Assembly (NCBI GenBank): GCA_039621445.1
Contig: CP154954.1
Coordinates: 37,743,703-37,807,702 of the forward strand
Reading direction: 5' to 3'
Length of the DNA: 64,000 nt
Origin: Euglena gracilis
Taxonomy: Eukaryota
Below the pieces are notes generated by a model, which did no database searches, was not told the DNA's origin, and worked only from the letters and a program-made list of their open reading frames with translations. Made by a program: the position numbers and the translations under genes. This document shows, one piece after another, positions 61,941 through 64,000 of this stretch; position 1 is the stretch's first letter, and every line of letters begins with the position of its first letter.

Positions 61941-63938
61941 TACGATCGTGTACCAGACTGGCAAATCAGCCTGAAAGGCTTCGATACTGTTCCCAACATC
62001 GTTTCTGATGGCTACTTACAATTGGTTACCAGATGGGCTAATGGCCATTTTTTAGTACCTTTTGCAGCATTCGGCCCATTACCTCCTCTGTATGGGCTAT
62101 TAGGCCTGGTACAGTTCAGAGGGATACAGCCCACAATTTGGACCCATTTCGACTCACTAGAATAATTTTTAGGAGCACTTATGTGCAACTTTTCATTTAA
62201 ATCATTGATTTTCTACAATTTTTGGTCATGTTTCCCTATTCTGGCACTCATATCCCTAATGGGAGTGACCACGAGGCACTATGCCAGAGTGGAATGCAAA
62301 AGGATGTGCTGGTAATGGTAATTTTTCCTCTGCTCAAGATGTCATAGACATGTTTTATTTGTATTTTCAAGCGCATTTTTGCTTTTTTGCGATTTTTTTG
62401 CACAATTTTACAGCTTTTTGGGTGATGTGGTGTTATTAGACACCCAAATCCCAAAATCTATACAACAGCAAAAACGCAGTGCTATTGGACACTCTCAACA
62501 AGCACTATGTGCACTTGGCAAATTTGCAGTTTTAAATGACTCAAAATGCAATAAAGTTGCACTTTTGGTTACAAAAGTGCAACTCTCGACGCAGATTCTG
62601 CATTTCTGCCCTAAATCCTGATAGGGATTTCCTTAAAAATCTGATAAAAGTCAGTACTTCTCAGTGGCATAGTCACTAATGATGAGATTTAGTCATATTT
62701 TCAGTATTTTTCCCTGTTTACCACACCAACGGCATTCTTTCCCCCCTCCCCGCTTCATTCAGTTGGATCGATATAGTTCGGAGGACCCAATGGTCATCAT
62801 CTGCAACACCAATAGTGTCATTCTGCAAGGTTTATAAAAACCAGACCTCAGAAATGGTGAAAAGCAGCTTTTTGTGATGAATCTCACAGCACTGGAACAA
62901 TGTTCAATCCTTTTATGTGCATTCACAGTTGATTTGCGGTTTTTCAAAGTGGTATAAGCCACACCAACCACAGTTGTTCTGTGAATTGGCAGCAGCCTGC
63001 CACAATTCCAAATTTTTTTTTGCGGGTGTACACCTCACTATGATTTTTTGGGCAATCTTCCGAATTCTTTTGATTCGGGTATACACCCAGTAGTATTTTT
63101 GTGCCTTGCATCTTCCGCAAGACAATGTTTCTGGGCGATAAAGCCTACCCCCCCATTATTTTTGGCTAAAGCCAACCCTTCAGCCAACAGGTTGCACACC
63201 CAAGGCACAAATGCCAAATCTACAGTTTTTAGGGCTACTGCCCGTTACTCTGAGGTATAAGTCTCTGTGGATACCCCATCGACCACACCGTGTTCGCGCT
63301 GCACTGTGAAGGCTTCACAGCGGTATATGCCGCCAGTAAGAAGACGCACAGCGTACAGCGCGCACACCGCAATAATAGCCTCAAGTTGTTACTTTTCGGC
63401 CTTAAGGCCCCATAAGACTGCCAGACAACAAAAATTCTGCATAAGGTGTTTTGACCAGCCCCCCACTCCTCTCCTCTTTCCCCCCCTGGGCAACATCGCT
63501 GTCGCCGGCAGTTGGTTTTGTTAGAAGGCTTTTTTCCCTGGTCAGGTATGACTGGCCAGGTGCCCCCTCCTTCCACACCCACCCCAGAATTCGTTTTCCG
63601 ATCATGGAATACACCACCCCAAGTGCCATAGGCACACCCAAACCTGGGCGGATGGGAATTTCTGGAAAGAAAACCTTCCAGCATCACTTTCCAAGCGGGC
63701 TCTTCCACTTCCACCCCTTTACCGCAAGAAGTAGTTAGCCGCATAAGCGGGTAAACTCTTTTGCGCGTTTTGGGTTTTTGGGTTCCCCTCTCTTCCTACC
63801 GTTTCTTTTTCAACCTTGTGATAGAGAAGCAGACCCAAGATATGCTTTCCTGGTGTACATTCCTTAGTCTCAGAGCTCTGCTTGAATCCTTGCTGGCCTG
63901 GTCCAGTAAGGAAATCGGGCAAAGCCCTGGGAGGGGGA

Positions 63939-64000
63939 TGTGTAAAGACAAGAACATGGCACTGGGCATAGCAGCAGACTGCAGAATGTACAATGTCATG
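63939..64000 (+). repeat. Start of the 3' LTR of C2
   Basis: Follows the PPT and matches 55428 onward (GCACTGGGCATAGCAGCAGACTGCAGAATG). Confidence 0.88.

Larger units (their letters stand above)
55428..64000 (+). mobile_element. Non-autonomous gag-only LTR element C2 (3' LTR runs off the window)
   Basis: 5' LTR 55428-55848, PBS 55849-55858, gag remnants, internal region homologous to C1, PPT 63929-63938, 3' LTR from 63939. Confidence 0.92.

Overview
The whole window is a nested cluster of decayed eukaryotic retroelements. I see no host gene, RNA gene or CRISPR array. Most of it is one lineage of large (~16 kb) chromodomain-bearing Ty3/Gypsy LTR retrotransposons, present as four LTR families that I label A-D. 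Element A (1-16004, +) sits in the protease of remnant D (16005-18443, -). Element B1 (20428 to beyond the window end, -) interrupts the RT of a DIRS-type tyrosine-recombinase element (18444-20427, -). B1 in turn hosts B2 (21921-39498, TSD AAAGC), the gag-only elements C1 (40545-49152, TSD CTGCG) and C2 (55428 to the end), and a TA-inserting MITE lies inside C2. The Gypsy lineage has several unusual features: (i) a DIRS/phage-Dam-like N6-adenine methyltransferase domain inside Pol between protease and RT; (ii) a ~5.4 kb sense-strand extra ORF with Cys/His-rich domains after the chromodomain; (iii) gag and pol in frame across a single TAG followed by a conserved stem-loop, suggesting readthrough; (iv) TG...CT LTR termini with a duplicated LTR-end+PBS module; and (v) at least six short in-place inversions scrambling the copies. 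All large ORFs carry frameshifts or stops. Domain calls come from motif recognition by eye, not database searches, and domain boundaries are approximate.
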